64,000 bases of DNA, from the NCBI GenBank assembly GCA_964627055.1, contig CAZVGV010000001.1:19620-83619 (forward strand), read 5' to 3'. The notes beneath the pieces are model-generated. The model did no database searches, was not told where the DNA came from, and saw only the letters and a program-made list of their open reading frames with translations. Below are positions 29,749-38,440 of this stretch, in pieces (the first letter of the stretch is position 1; each line of letters opens with the position of its first letter). This DNA is from an uncultured Gammaproteobacteria bacterium. GTDB taxonomy: Bacteria; Patescibacteriota; Patescibacteriia; Magasanikbacterales; JBBTQS01. Made by a program: the position numbers and the translations under genes.

Positions 29749-30732
29749 ATGGTCATTCAGCTCGCGAAACATCTCGCATCGAATCTCCTGAGCAAGCCAG
29801 AGTACGCACTAACACGTGATGGCTATGGTCATGGCGTGGTTGAGGCTGCAGAGAAAGATCCGCACATCGCGGTGTTGTGTTGTGATCTCACGGAGTCTAC
29901 GCGTTCGCACTGGTTCCGTGACAAATTTCCAGAACGATTTATTGAAGTGGGTGTAGCAGAGCAGAACATGGCTGGGATTGCTGCTGGAATGGCGGCGGAG
30001 GGCTACATTCCGTTCATTTCAAGTTATGCTGTATTCTCGCCGGGGCGTAATTGGGATCAGATTCGCGTATCACTCTGCTATTCCAATACCAATGTGAAGG
30101 TGATGGGCGCGCATGCGGGGATTTCGGTAGGACCAGACGGCGCCACGCACCAAGCGCTCGAGGATATGGCGATAATGCGCGTGCTGCCGAACATGGTTGT
30201 ACTTGCGCCGTGTGATATGGAAGAGACGCGCAAGGCGATTCATGCTGCAGCGCTCTACAATGGACCGGTGTATATTCGGTTTGCACGCGAGAAGACCGCA
30301 GTGATGACAACAGCAAAATCGCCGTTTGCCATCGGAAAGGCAGAAGTCTTTGCACAAGGTACAGATGTGACGATCGTGGCATGCGGACCGCTCTTGTACG
30401 AGGCGTTGCATGCAGCGCAATTGCTGTTGAAGCATGGAGTGCATGCGGAAGTAATTAACATGCCGTCGCTCAAGCCGTTTGATGAGAAGACATTGCTCAC
30501 ATCGGTCAAGAAAACTGGATGCGTCGTCACGGTTGAGGAGCATCAGATCATTGGGGGATTGTTCGGTGCGGTTGCTGAGACGCTTGCGCAGTCACATCCA
30601 GTACCGATTGTCCCGGTTGGTATGCATGATTCATTTGGACAATCCGGAACACCTGACGAACTTCTGGAATTGTACGGAATGCGCGCACAAAATATTGTTG
30701 CTGCTGCACGCGCTGCTATCAAGAAACGTTAG
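29749..30732 (+). CDS. Transketolase, C-terminal subunit
   Basis: GVAEQNM, GPDGATHQ, EEHQIIGGL. Confidence 0.93.
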   Translation: MVIQLAKHLASNLLSKPEYALTRDGYGHGVVEAAEKDPHIAVLCCDLTESTRSHWFRDKFPERFIEVGVAEQNMAGIAAGMAAEGYIPFISSYAVFSPGRNWDQIRVSLCYSNTNVKVMGAHAGISVGPDGATHQALEDMAIMRVLPNMVVLAPCDMEETRKAIHAAALYNGPVYIRFAREKTAVMTTAKSPFAIGKAEVFAQGTDVTIVACGPLLYEALHAAQLLLKHGVHAEVINMPSLKPFDEKTLLTSVKKTGCVVTVEEHQIIGGLFGAVAETLAQSHPVPIVPVGMHDSFGQSGTPDELLELYGMRAQNIVAAARAAIKKR

Positions 30733-30741
30733 CCACATTGT

Positions 30742-31710
30742 ATGTTCGACATGATTACGTTGGGTGACGCTACGATCGATACCCTCATTGAGGTTGGTGA
30801 TGCGTCTGTTGCGTGTTCAGTGGATCGACGTAACTGCTTGTTGCAATTACGGTATGGAGACAAGTTACCAGTTGAGAACATGGCGCAAAAAGTGGCAGGG
30901 AACGCAGCGAATAATGCGGTTGGGTGCGCGCGATTAGGGATGCGAACTGCAATCCATACCATTCTTGGAGTCGATCAGAGTGGTGACGCAATTGTGCAGA
31001 CATTTGTAGAGAACAAAGTGTCACGAGAATTCGTTGAGCGCGATCGCAAACACGCTACCAATGCTTCGACGGTTATTAGATTCCAGGGAGATCGAACGAT
31101 TCTGGTGTATCACGCACCTCGCGCGTACAAATTGCCCAAGCTGCCGCGCTCGAAGTGGATCTACTTCACGAGTCTTGCTGCAGGGCACAAGGCGTACAAC
31201 GCGCAGGTTATCGCGCACACAGAACGCACTGGCACACGACTCGCGTATAATCCAGGTACGTACCAATTCCTCGAAGGCATCGATGAAGTAAAGAAGGTGA
31301 TTGCTGTGACACATGCACTCTTTGTGAACGTCGAGGAGGCACAACGTATTGTGGGAAAGAAGTCAGTGAATGAATGTCTGCGCGCATTGTATAAGCTCGG
31401 TGCTGCCATGGTTTTCATCACAGATGGCCCGAAGGGGGCAACGGCGTACGATGGTGAGGAGATGTACTTCATGCCGATCCTGCGTACGAAAGTGATAGAG
31501 CGTACCGGGGCAGGTGACTCATTCGCCGTCGGCGTAATTGCGGCGCTGAATGAAGGTGTCAGTATGGCAACAGCACTCACCTGGGGTGCGGCAAATAGTA
31601 GTAGTGTTATACTGCAAGTTGGGCCCCAAGACGGTTTGCTGTACCGCAACGAGATCGAAGCGTTCTACCGCAAATACGGCAAGGGGATTCGTCCGAAGAA
31701 GATTTCATAA
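30742..31710 (+). CDS. PfkB family carbohydrate kinase
   Basis: AGNAANNAVG and ERTGAGDSF PfkB signatures. Confidence 0.92.
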   Translation: MFDMITLGDATIDTLIEVGDASVACSVDRRNCLLQLRYGDKLPVENMAQKVAGNAANNAVGCARLGMRTAIHTILGVDQSGDAIVQTFVENKVSREFVERDRKHATNASTVIRFQGDRTILVYHAPRAYKLPKLPRSKWIYFTSLAAGHKAYNAQVIAHTERTGTRLAYNPGTYQFLEGIDEVKKVIAVTHALFVNVEEAQRIVGKKSVNECLRALYKLGAAMVFITDGPKGATAYDGEEMYFMPILRTKVIERTGAGDSFAVGVIAALNEGVSMATALTWGAANSSSVILQVGPQDGLLYRNEIEAFYRKYGKGIRPKKIS

Positions 31711-31720
31711 TTGGAGACGT

Positions 31721-32632
31721 ATGCGTGCAACACTTACCGATATTTTGCCCCACGCACAACTGCATGGGTATGCCGTTGGTGCATTTAATTTCAGTTCCAT
31801 GGAGACGGCGCAGGCAATTGTAGCTGCGGCGGAGCGTGCGAAGTCGCCTGTGGTGTTGCAGACGAGTGGCGGCGCAATTGAGTACGCCGGCATGGTGTAT
31901 CTGGGTGTGATCTCGTGGGTTGCATCGCAGTCAGTGAAGGTGCCAGTGGTAGTGCATTTGGATCACGGACATGATGTAAAGCTTGTTCGTGCAGCAATAC
32001 AGTCAGGTTACTACACAAGTGTCATGATTGATGCGTCGCATTTGCCATTCAAGGAGAATGTGAAGACGGTTAAGAAGATTGTGGACGAGGCACATGCTGC
32101 CGGAATCTCAGTGGAAGCAGAACTGGGCCCAATTCCAGGCAAGGAAGACAAGGTGAGTGTGAAGAATCGTGACGCGTTCTTTACAGACCCTGCGCAAGCC
32201 GCAGAGTTCGTGGAAATGACGGGGTGCGATGCGCTTGCTGTGTCAGTAGGAACAGCGCATGGTGCATTCAAGCATGCAGGGATTGCGGGGAAGGTGGATA
32301 TGAAACGTCTCGCAGCTATCGCGTCGGCAGTGAATGTGCCGTTGGTGTTGCATGGCGCGAGCAATGTGGATCCAAAGCTTGCAAAGAAAATGGGACTCGC
32401 AAAAGCAGAAGGTATGAGCGATAGCGATATCAAGAAGGCGATCAAGACTGGCATCACCAAAATTAATATTGATACAGATTTGCGATTGGCATATACAAGC
32501 GCATTACGCGCGGCGCTCACGAAGAATCCGCGTGAGTTCGATCCACGTGTGTACACTGATGTGGCACGCGATGCGGTACAGGGCGTGGTCGAGAAGAAGG
32601 TGCGCATGTTCGGTGGTGCGAGATCAGATTGA
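31721..32632 (+). CDS. fba: Class II fructose-bisphosphate aldolase
   Basis: HLDHG, SVMIDASH, GTAHGA, LVLHGAS, KINIDTD. Confidence 0.95.
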   Translation: MRATLTDILPHAQLHGYAVGAFNFSSMETAQAIVAAAERAKSPVVLQTSGGAIEYAGMVYLGVISWVASQSVKVPVVVHLDHGHDVKLVRAAIQSGYYTSVMIDASHLPFKENVKTVKKIVDEAHAAGISVEAELGPIPGKEDKVSVKNRDAFFTDPAQAAEFVEMTGCDALAVSVGTAHGAFKHAGIAGKVDMKRLAAIASAVNVPLVLHGASNVDPKLAKKMGLAKAEGMSDSDIKKAIKTGITKINIDTDLRLAYTSALRAALTKNPREFDPRVYTDVARDAVQGVVEKKVRMFGGARSD

Positions 32633-32722
32633 ATTGCTTCGAAGCCTCACCCTGTTGGGTGGTTCTTTTGTTATTCTGGCGTTTTTGTCCCCATGTGCTA
32701 CACTTATAAAAACGTACTAAAT

Positions 32723-33466
32723 ATGAAAGATCTTGCTCCGCTTTTGCGCTCACTTGGCCTACTGGACAGTGAAATCAAAGTCTATGTTGCTGGCCTCACT
32801 CGAGGTGCCGGCACGATCCTGGATTTCACCAAGGCGACGCACTTGTCCCGCCAGGCAGTGTATACGGCGGTGGACGCACTTACTGACCGCGGCCTTTTTT
32901 CTAATGTAATGCGTGGGAAAAAGCGCTACTTCGCCGCAGAGCAACCCAACAAGCTCATTGCGTACGCGCATCGCTACCACCATGACGTGGCAACCAAGAT
33001 TGCAGACCTTGAACAGATGTTGCCAGAACTTACATTGCAAGCAGGTGGTGACAAGCCGATCGTTCGCCTCTTTGAGGGCAAGGAGGGGGTGCGTGCGATC
33101 ATGGAAGATTGGGCCAATACCGACTTCAAGGAAATGGATGAAATTGCGGACACGGACGCACTCTTCACAGTGTTAACACCGGAAGACCTTGCGCCTCTAC
33201 GCAAGATTCTTAAGAAGCGCGATGTGAAGGTTCGTGGGATGTACATGGGCAAGAAGCGGTCCGAAGGGACGGTTGGAGACTTGCATACCATCACGAGCAA
33301 AGAAGGGGAGTTCAAATCACATATTGGCGTGTACGGCGACAAGATTAACCTCGTCACGTTCGAGGGTAAGATGTATTCTGCAATTGTAGAAAGCAAACGA
33401 CTTGCTCAGGCAATGCGAACACTATTTCACCTCGCGATTGAGGGAGTGAAGGCTCAAAAAAAGTAG
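32723..33466 (+). CDS. TrmB-family HTH transcriptional regulator
   Basis: LGL..SEIKVY N-terminal wHTH, VRLFEGKEGV, C-terminal IGVYGDKI PLD-like domain. Confidence 0.85.
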   Translation: MKDLAPLLRSLGLLDSEIKVYVAGLTRGAGTILDFTKATHLSRQAVYTAVDALTDRGLFSNVMRGKKRYFAAEQPNKLIAYAHRYHHDVATKIADLEQMLPELTLQAGGDKPIVRLFEGKEGVRAIMEDWANTDFKEMDEIADTDALFTVLTPEDLAPLRKILKKRDVKVRGMYMGKKRSEGTVGDLHTITSKEGEFKSHIGVYGDKINLVTFEGKMYSAIVESKRLAQAMRTLFHLAIEGVKAQKK

Positions 33467-33467
33467 T

Positions 33468-33683
33468 AAAAAATGAGAAAGTCCAGTACGTTGTACGGGA
33501 CTTTCTTCGTTGGAGTTGGAAGTGATGGTGATGGCGTACGCCGTGTTGTGTGGGGACACTACCCGCAGCCCATGACATTAGCCCTCCTCGTGCTGCAAAA
33601 ACGCTCCGGCAATATACCGTAAAAGCCGCGTGGACGCAGCTTCGGAAGCGCGCAACGTATGGCCGCACTTCATTACCCACGCT
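33468..33683 (-). ncRNA. Candidate structured ncRNA D (~215 nt), or a 31-aa peptide gene
   Basis: TTGACC-17-TAGTGT with extended TG (33718-33690); several internal hairpins; ends at hairpin 33474-33510 plus U6. Confidence 0.4.
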
Positions 33684-33770
33684 GGATCAACACTAGCATG
33701 CAATACAGGTGAGGTCAAGACGAAAAAACCGCGACAGACGTCGCGGAAATAGGGGGGGTGAGCACGGGGT

Positions 33771-33820
33771 ATATTTTTGTCAACTAAATACTTGACAAAA
33801 ATATATATTCTTGCTATAGT
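33771..33820 (+). promoter_or_regulatory. sigma70 promoter overlapped by a perfect 13-bp inverted repeat
   Basis: ATATTTTTGTCAA-N8-TTGACAAAAATAT; TTGACA-17-TATAGT with extended TG. Confidence 0.7.
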
Positions 33821-33826
33821 CGCTCT

Positions 33827-33969
33827 CGTACATATGAGGAGACGCGAGAATCCAGAGAAGGATTGTCGCGCGAGCATTCGATCCATGTTTCGTGGTGGTT
33901 ACGTGGTTCGGATGTTCACGCAACGATCGTATCTCATGCCCGGCGACCACGTGGTCGCTGGATTTTTTT
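33827..33969 (+). ncRNA. Candidate structured ncRNA C (~143 nt)
   Basis: Downstream of a consensus promoter; hairpins CGCGAGAAUCC/GGAUUGUCGCG and GAGCAUUCGAUCCAUGU/ACGUGGUUCGGAUGUUC (G-U pairs favour + strand), closed by AUGAG/CUCAU; terminator CCGGCGACC/GGUCGCUGG plus U tract. Confidence 0.55.
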
Positions 33970-34432
33970 AGAAAAATCGAGCAATTGCGTATGCCAATCC
34001 GCCGAAGGCAACCGAGACATTGAGTGATTCCTTGGTGCCTAACATGGGCAGGTGCACCACGGTATCACACTGTGCAAGTTGTGGGCGGGTAACACCAGTG
34101 ACCTCGTTGCCAACCACGATTGCTAGTGGGAATTGAGGTGTCCAATTGCGATAGTCAATACTTGATTTTGTTTTCTCGAGTGCAACGAGAGTGTACCCGG
34201 CATTGCGTAGTTCGCGTAGGAGTGGCAAAGCAGTGGGGCGGTGTTCCCATGGGATAGTTCGTTCGGCACCAAGGGAGACCTTGTCAACGCGTGGGTGACC
34301 AGGGTGTGGGGTGTAGCCGGTTAGGTAGATTTTGCTGACTCCGATGGCATCAGCAGTACGAAAAAATGCACCGACATTGTGTGCGGAACGAATATTAGGA
34401 AGGATTAACACGATGGTGGGGTGGGGTGACAT
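33968..34432 (-). CDS. SpoU/TrmH family RNA methyltransferase
   Basis: NIRSAHNVGAFFRTAD, VGNEVTGV, SLNVSVA. Confidence 0.92.
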   Translation of the reverse strand: MSPHPTIVLILPNIRSAHNVGAFFRTADAIGVSKIYLTGYTPHPGHPRVDKVSLGAERTIPWEHRPTALPLLRELRNAGYTLVALEKTKSSIDYRNWTPQFPLAIVVGNEVTGVTRPQLAQCDTVVHLPMLGTKESLNVSVAFGGLAYAIARFF

Positions 34433-34495
34433 GCATCAGTTGTACGCAATGTGCTCGTTGGTGTAAAGGGGGATGCGTGGTAGTATGTACTATGT

Positions 34496-35656
34496 ATGTT
34501 GTGGAAATCCGTAGTTCGAAAAGGAGTTGTGTCGGTGATGATGGTGTTTTGCATCACCTCTTCCGCTCTTGCACAAGCGCCAATAGATCCAAAGACGTAC
34601 GTGCCGAAGAATGATGTTTGGTATCGTGCTCAGGTACTTACTGTTGAAAATCAGACGGTAGAAAAGGAAGAGGATGGTACAGAGCGACTCATGCAGCGCG
34701 TGGAAGTGCAGATGAAAAGCGGTGATGAGTCTGGCCGTGTGCACGTGATCAATCATGGTGCAGACTTCGAGTTGCGCGAAGGAATACAGGTAACACCGGG
34801 TGAGTGGGTTGTGGTCATCAAGTCTGAAACATATGATGGCGCGAATCTCTCCGATGTATATCATATTTATGAGCCGTATCGACTGCCAGCGCTTCTTGTT
34901 GCTGGTGGTATTTTTCTCATTGCCGTGGTTTTTTTGGGGCGTTGGAAGGGACTCGGATCAATTGCAGGACTTGCGATTAGTCTTCTGGTATTAGTAAAGG
35001 GTGTTATTCCTTGGATTGTGCATGGAGGTAACCCACTTATCGCCTGTGTTGTGGGAGCTATTGTCATTGCGACCTGTGCACTTTTTGTTGCTCATGGATT
35101 CACGCGCCGTACTGCTATTGCGTGGGTGAGTACTGTTATAGCGTGTGTGCTGGCAGCTGGACTCGCGTACCTATTCATGTGGGCAGCACGCCTGTATGGC
35201 TATGGAAGTGAAGAGGCTTACTTTTTGAAGAGCGGTCTCCTTGCTACATTGGATCTGCGCGGGTTGCTCTTGGGGGGTATTCTCATTGGTTCACTTGGAA
35301 TTCTTGATGATATTACGACAGCGCAGGTTGCTGTAGTAGAGGAGTTACACCATGCAAATACTTCTCTCTCTCGTGCTGAATTGTATCGTCGGGGTCTGTC
35401 TGTGGGGCGTGAGCATATTGCGTCACTTGTGAATACACTTGCGCTTGCGTATACCGGCGCATCATTCCCGCTGATTTTGCTTACGGCAACAAATGAATAT
35501 CAACCGGTTTGGGCTGCGATGAATACAGAAGGTATCGCCGAGGAAATTATTCGAACACTTGTGGGTTCGTGCGCCCTCGTACTTGCAGTACCAATTACAA
35601 CCGCGTTAGCTGCTGGGTACTATGGCTCTCGAGCCATCGTCGAAGAAACGCACTAG
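34496..35656 (+). CDS. YibE/F family membrane protein
   Basis: Multiple TM helices; GILDDITTAQ, GREHIASLVNTLALAYTG. Confidence 0.88.
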   Translation: MLWKSVVRKGVVSVMMVFCITSSALAQAPIDPKTYVPKNDVWYRAQVLTVENQTVEKEEDGTERLMQRVEVQMKSGDESGRVHVINHGADFELREGIQVTPGEWVVVIKSETYDGANLSDVYHIYEPYRLPALLVAGGIFLIAVVFLGRWKGLGSIAGLAISLLVLVKGVIPWIVHGGNPLIACVVGAIVIATCALFVAHGFTRRTAIAWVSTVIACVLAAGLAYLFMWAARLYGYGSEEAYFLKSGLLATLDLRGLLLGGILIGSLGILDDITTAQVAVVEELHHANTSLSRAELYRRGLSVGREHIASLVNTLALAYTGASFPLILLTATNEYQPVWAAMNTEGIAEEIIRTLVGSCALVLAVPITTALAAGYYGSRAIVEETH

Positions 35657-37022
35657 CACGCACATCGTCTTCGTTATATTGCAGTGCTGCATCGAGTGCA
35701 GCTCGATCGTTATTTTCAAGCCATTGTTCGTACCAAAAAATACTTTGGGTTCCACTGGATTGTGCGTTGCGCCATGAGAAGCCGAGGTACTTGCAAATGT
35801 CCTTGAGCGAGTAGAACGAGAGGGGAAAAATCACGCAGCGTTGTACTACTTCGAACAGATCGACGAGCCGTTCTTGGAATCGCTCGAGTGCAGGAGTTGA
35901 ACCATACTTTGCTGCGAGAAGCGCTACGTGGTGCTTTTCGTATGGCGCGTAATGAAAAATAGTGTAGGTGGCGGGCAGGGTCTCGATCCAGGCGAGGAAC
36001 TGCTTCCACATCATTGCTTCGTCACTGGGGTGCTCTGCAAGAAAGTGAATGTACTCGTCCTGTGTATCTCGTTCGATCAGGAAACCGAAGAGATATTCGG
36101 TATCAACGAGTGGGTCCGCTTCAATATCGAAATGAATGCGCAGCCCAGCATCAGCAACGTGTGGTTCGCGAACCATGTGTACACGCTGGTGGAGGAATGA
36201 CTCTGCTTGCAGTCGAATGTGCGCGAGTCGTTCGCGTGATACTCCTGGGATTGGTGAGATGAGCGCCGGGTCCATCATCGCTGCATCCTCGAGAGAATGA
36301 ATTGCATTACGTCGCAAGAGGTCGATAGAAAGTCGATCAATGTTGTAGAGCAGCGAAATATCTCGTGCCGTGGTGGCTCGAGACAGACACACCTGTGCCC
36401 ATGGTGATTGGAGGCAGCCGCGGGTGAGGGTAATGGGCGGTTCCTGGCCGTCAAGGATGCGTTCGATCTCTCGTCGTCGTGTGGTGAATCGGTCCATGGT
36501 ATCGCGTGGATCGAAGTACAGTCTTTCGCCTTGGATTGTGATAATGCCACCGCGAGGTGGTAGCGTTCCTTGCACCTCTTGCAACAGCAGTGCAAAAAAT
36601 GTGAGCTGGAGGCGTTGCACAGGCTTCATTTCGTGGCTGCTTTTGATCTCCACTGGCTCATAACAGTAGCGACCAAATGCAGAATCACCAGAACGACGGA
36701 GGAGGAGATCTGGTCGCCCGATCCACTCACGGTCTTCAATGGTCGCGGTAAGGACTGCTCCATGAATTGCCTCTACACCTGCGTACATCAGTGCGCGGGT
36801 CTCTTCGGCTGCTGCTGCGGTTGTAGTTGCAGTTACCTTTGTAGGCTGTAATTCACCAATGACCAGCTGCTCATGTACAACGCCTTGCTCGAGCAGTTTC
36901 TCCAAGAGTCCGCTCATCGGCGCACGATCCGCGTGGTTGCCATACACATCTAACCAAACCCAGTTCGGGCAGAATTCATAGTGGAGGAATTGGGACGCCG
37001 TGAGCGGGTGTCGAGGAGTCAT
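35595..37022 (-). CDS. TM0106 family RecB-like nuclease with C-terminal RNase H-like domain
   Basis: GRPDLL..EIKSS PD-(D/E)xK motif; FDIEAD, YSLKDI, YNEDDV. Confidence 0.88.
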   Translation of the reverse strand: MTPRHPLTASQFLHYEFCPNWVWLDVYGNHADRAPMSGLLEKLLEQGVVHEQLVIGELQPTKVTATTTAAAAEETRALMYAGVEAIHGAVLTATIEDREWIGRPDLLLRRSGDSAFGRYCYEPVEIKSSHEMKPVQRLQLTFFALLLQEVQGTLPPRGGIITIQGERLYFDPRDTMDRFTTRRREIERILDGQEPPITLTRGCLQSPWAQVCLSRATTARDISLLYNIDRLSIDLLRRNAIHSLEDAAMMDPALISPIPGVSRERLAHIRLQAESFLHQRVHMVREPHVADAGLRIHFDIEADPLVDTEYLFGFLIERDTQDEYIHFLAEHPSDEAMMWKQFLAWIETLPATYTIFHYAPYEKHHVALLAAKYGSTPALERFQERLVDLFEVVQRCVIFPLSFYSLKDICKYLGFSWRNAQSSGTQSIFWYEQWLENNDRAALDAALQYNEDDVRASAFLRRWLESHSTQQLTRL

Positions 37023-37026
37023 GGCA

Positions 37027-37695
37027 TTAGAACTTCAGGAGGTAATCCCATCGTTTCCAGAGTTCGGCTGTAGCGCGTACGTCGCGTAGGCAGTAGCGAG
37101 CAATATCGATGTATTTGCCGTCAGCATACATCGTACCAACTTGGTCGCCAGTTACACCTTCTTCCTTCGGGCTGCGGATGCCGAAGGCCCGTGCGTACAT
37201 GTCGAGATTGAATTTACGCGTGGCACCGTAGAACGTGAGCTGATCAAGCAGATCACAATGCATCTTGTAGTCGTAGCGGTAGGGAACAAGGTTGAGTGTT
37301 GGACGAACGTCGAGCATTGCGGAGCGCAGCATGAGCATTGGACCATCGAAAGATCTCCCGTTGAAGGTTACGATCGGAGCATAATGCTGCACGTCTTCCC
37401 AAAATTTTTCTAAGATAGTTTTTTCGTCTGCACAGATGTACTCTGCGCCATCTTCAACAAAGGAATCAATCTCTTTTCCTTCCGCACTGAAATACACTTT
37501 GCCCTTGTCTGAGAGTGGATTGAGCATGGCGATCGTGACAATGCGTGCGGTGGGTGCCCAGAGCGCAAGTGAGTCGCGGGTTCGATCGCGTGCCTCGTCA
37601 TCTTCGTCATGCTTGGTGAGATATTCCTGTTGGACCATTTCGAGGGATTCCCAGGGTACTCCGATGGTTTCGATATCAACAATAATGGGTTTCAT
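37027..37695 (-). CDS. PolB-type 3'-5' exonuclease (DEDD)
   Basis: VDIETI, TFNGRSFD, YCLRDV. Confidence 0.88.
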   Translation of the reverse strand: MKPIIVDIETIGVPWESLEMVQQEYLTKHDEDDEARDRTRDSLALWAPTARIVTIAMLNPLSDKGKVYFSAEGKEIDSFVEDGAEYICADEKTILEKFWEDVQHYAPIVTFNGRSFDGPMLMLRSAMLDVRPTLNLVPYRYDYKMHCDLLDQLTFYGATRKFNLDMYARAFGIRSPKEEGVTGDQVGTMYADGKYIDIARYCLRDVRATAELWKRWDYLLKF

Positions 37696-37774
37696 AGGGG
37701 TAGATTAGTGTGCGCTCCTCACTGGCATCCTAGCACTAGGACTTGCCAGATGAGAAGTGGTAGAGTGGGGACGT

Positions 37775-38440
37775 ATGAAACTCGATCGAAGAGATAGAGC
37801 AAAACACGTGTTGAGCGTCCTCAAAAATGTGTATGCACAAGCGCGTGTTCCTGAGGCCTTCGTGCAGTGGTCCACACCGCTTGAACTTGTGGTGGCAACA
37901 ATGCTTTCTGCGCAGTGCACTGATGTGCGAGTAAATCTCGTGACGCGGGTGTTGTTCCAGAAGTATCGTACTGCTGCAGACTATGCGAACGCATCAGTAC
38001 CCGAGCTCGAACGCATCATTGGTTCGATTACATTCTTTCGTGCGAAGGCGCGGTATCTGCAAGGAATTGGACGTGTGTTGGTAGAGCAATACGGCGGAGA
38101 AGTTCCGAGTACTGTTGCAGCACTGATTACCTTGCCGGGTGTGGCGTATAAGTCAGCACATCTGATTATGGCCAAGGAGTTCGGTGTGCAAACAGGTGTT
38201 GCTGTAGATACGCATGTGACTCGTGTGGCGACACGTCTGGGGCTCTCACGAGGAAAGAACGCGATTGCAATCGCTGCTGACCTAGAGAAAATTTTTGGAA
38301 AAAATGATTGGCTCGACGTAAATGAGTTCATGATTCTGCATGGTCGAGCTGTGTGTCGAGCGCCCGTGCCGAAGTGTGGGGAATGCCCGGTGCGAGACGT
38401 ATGCCCAAGTGCACGACGCACCACTAAGAAGAAGTTGTGA
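37775..38440 (+). CDS. nth: Endonuclease III
   Basis: LSAQCTD, HhH LPGVAYKSA, VDTHV, 4Fe-4S motif C-x6-C-x2-C-x5-C. Confidence 0.94.
   Translation: MKLDRRDRAKHVLSVLKNVYAQARVPEAFVQWSTPLELVVATMLSAQCTDVRVNLVTRVLFQKYRTAADYANASVPELERIIGSITFFRAKARYLQGIGRVLVEQYGGEVPSTVAALITLPGVAYKSAHLIMAKEFGVQTGVAVDTHVTRVATRLGLSRGKNAIAIAADLEKIFGKNDWLDVNEFMILHGRAVCRAPVPKCGECPVRDVCPSARRTTKKKL

Noticed and set aside
33548-33559. 12-bp match (AGTGTCCCCACA) between RNA D and the tRNA-Gly upstream repeat
   Set aside because: Too short to distinguish from chance in 64 kb
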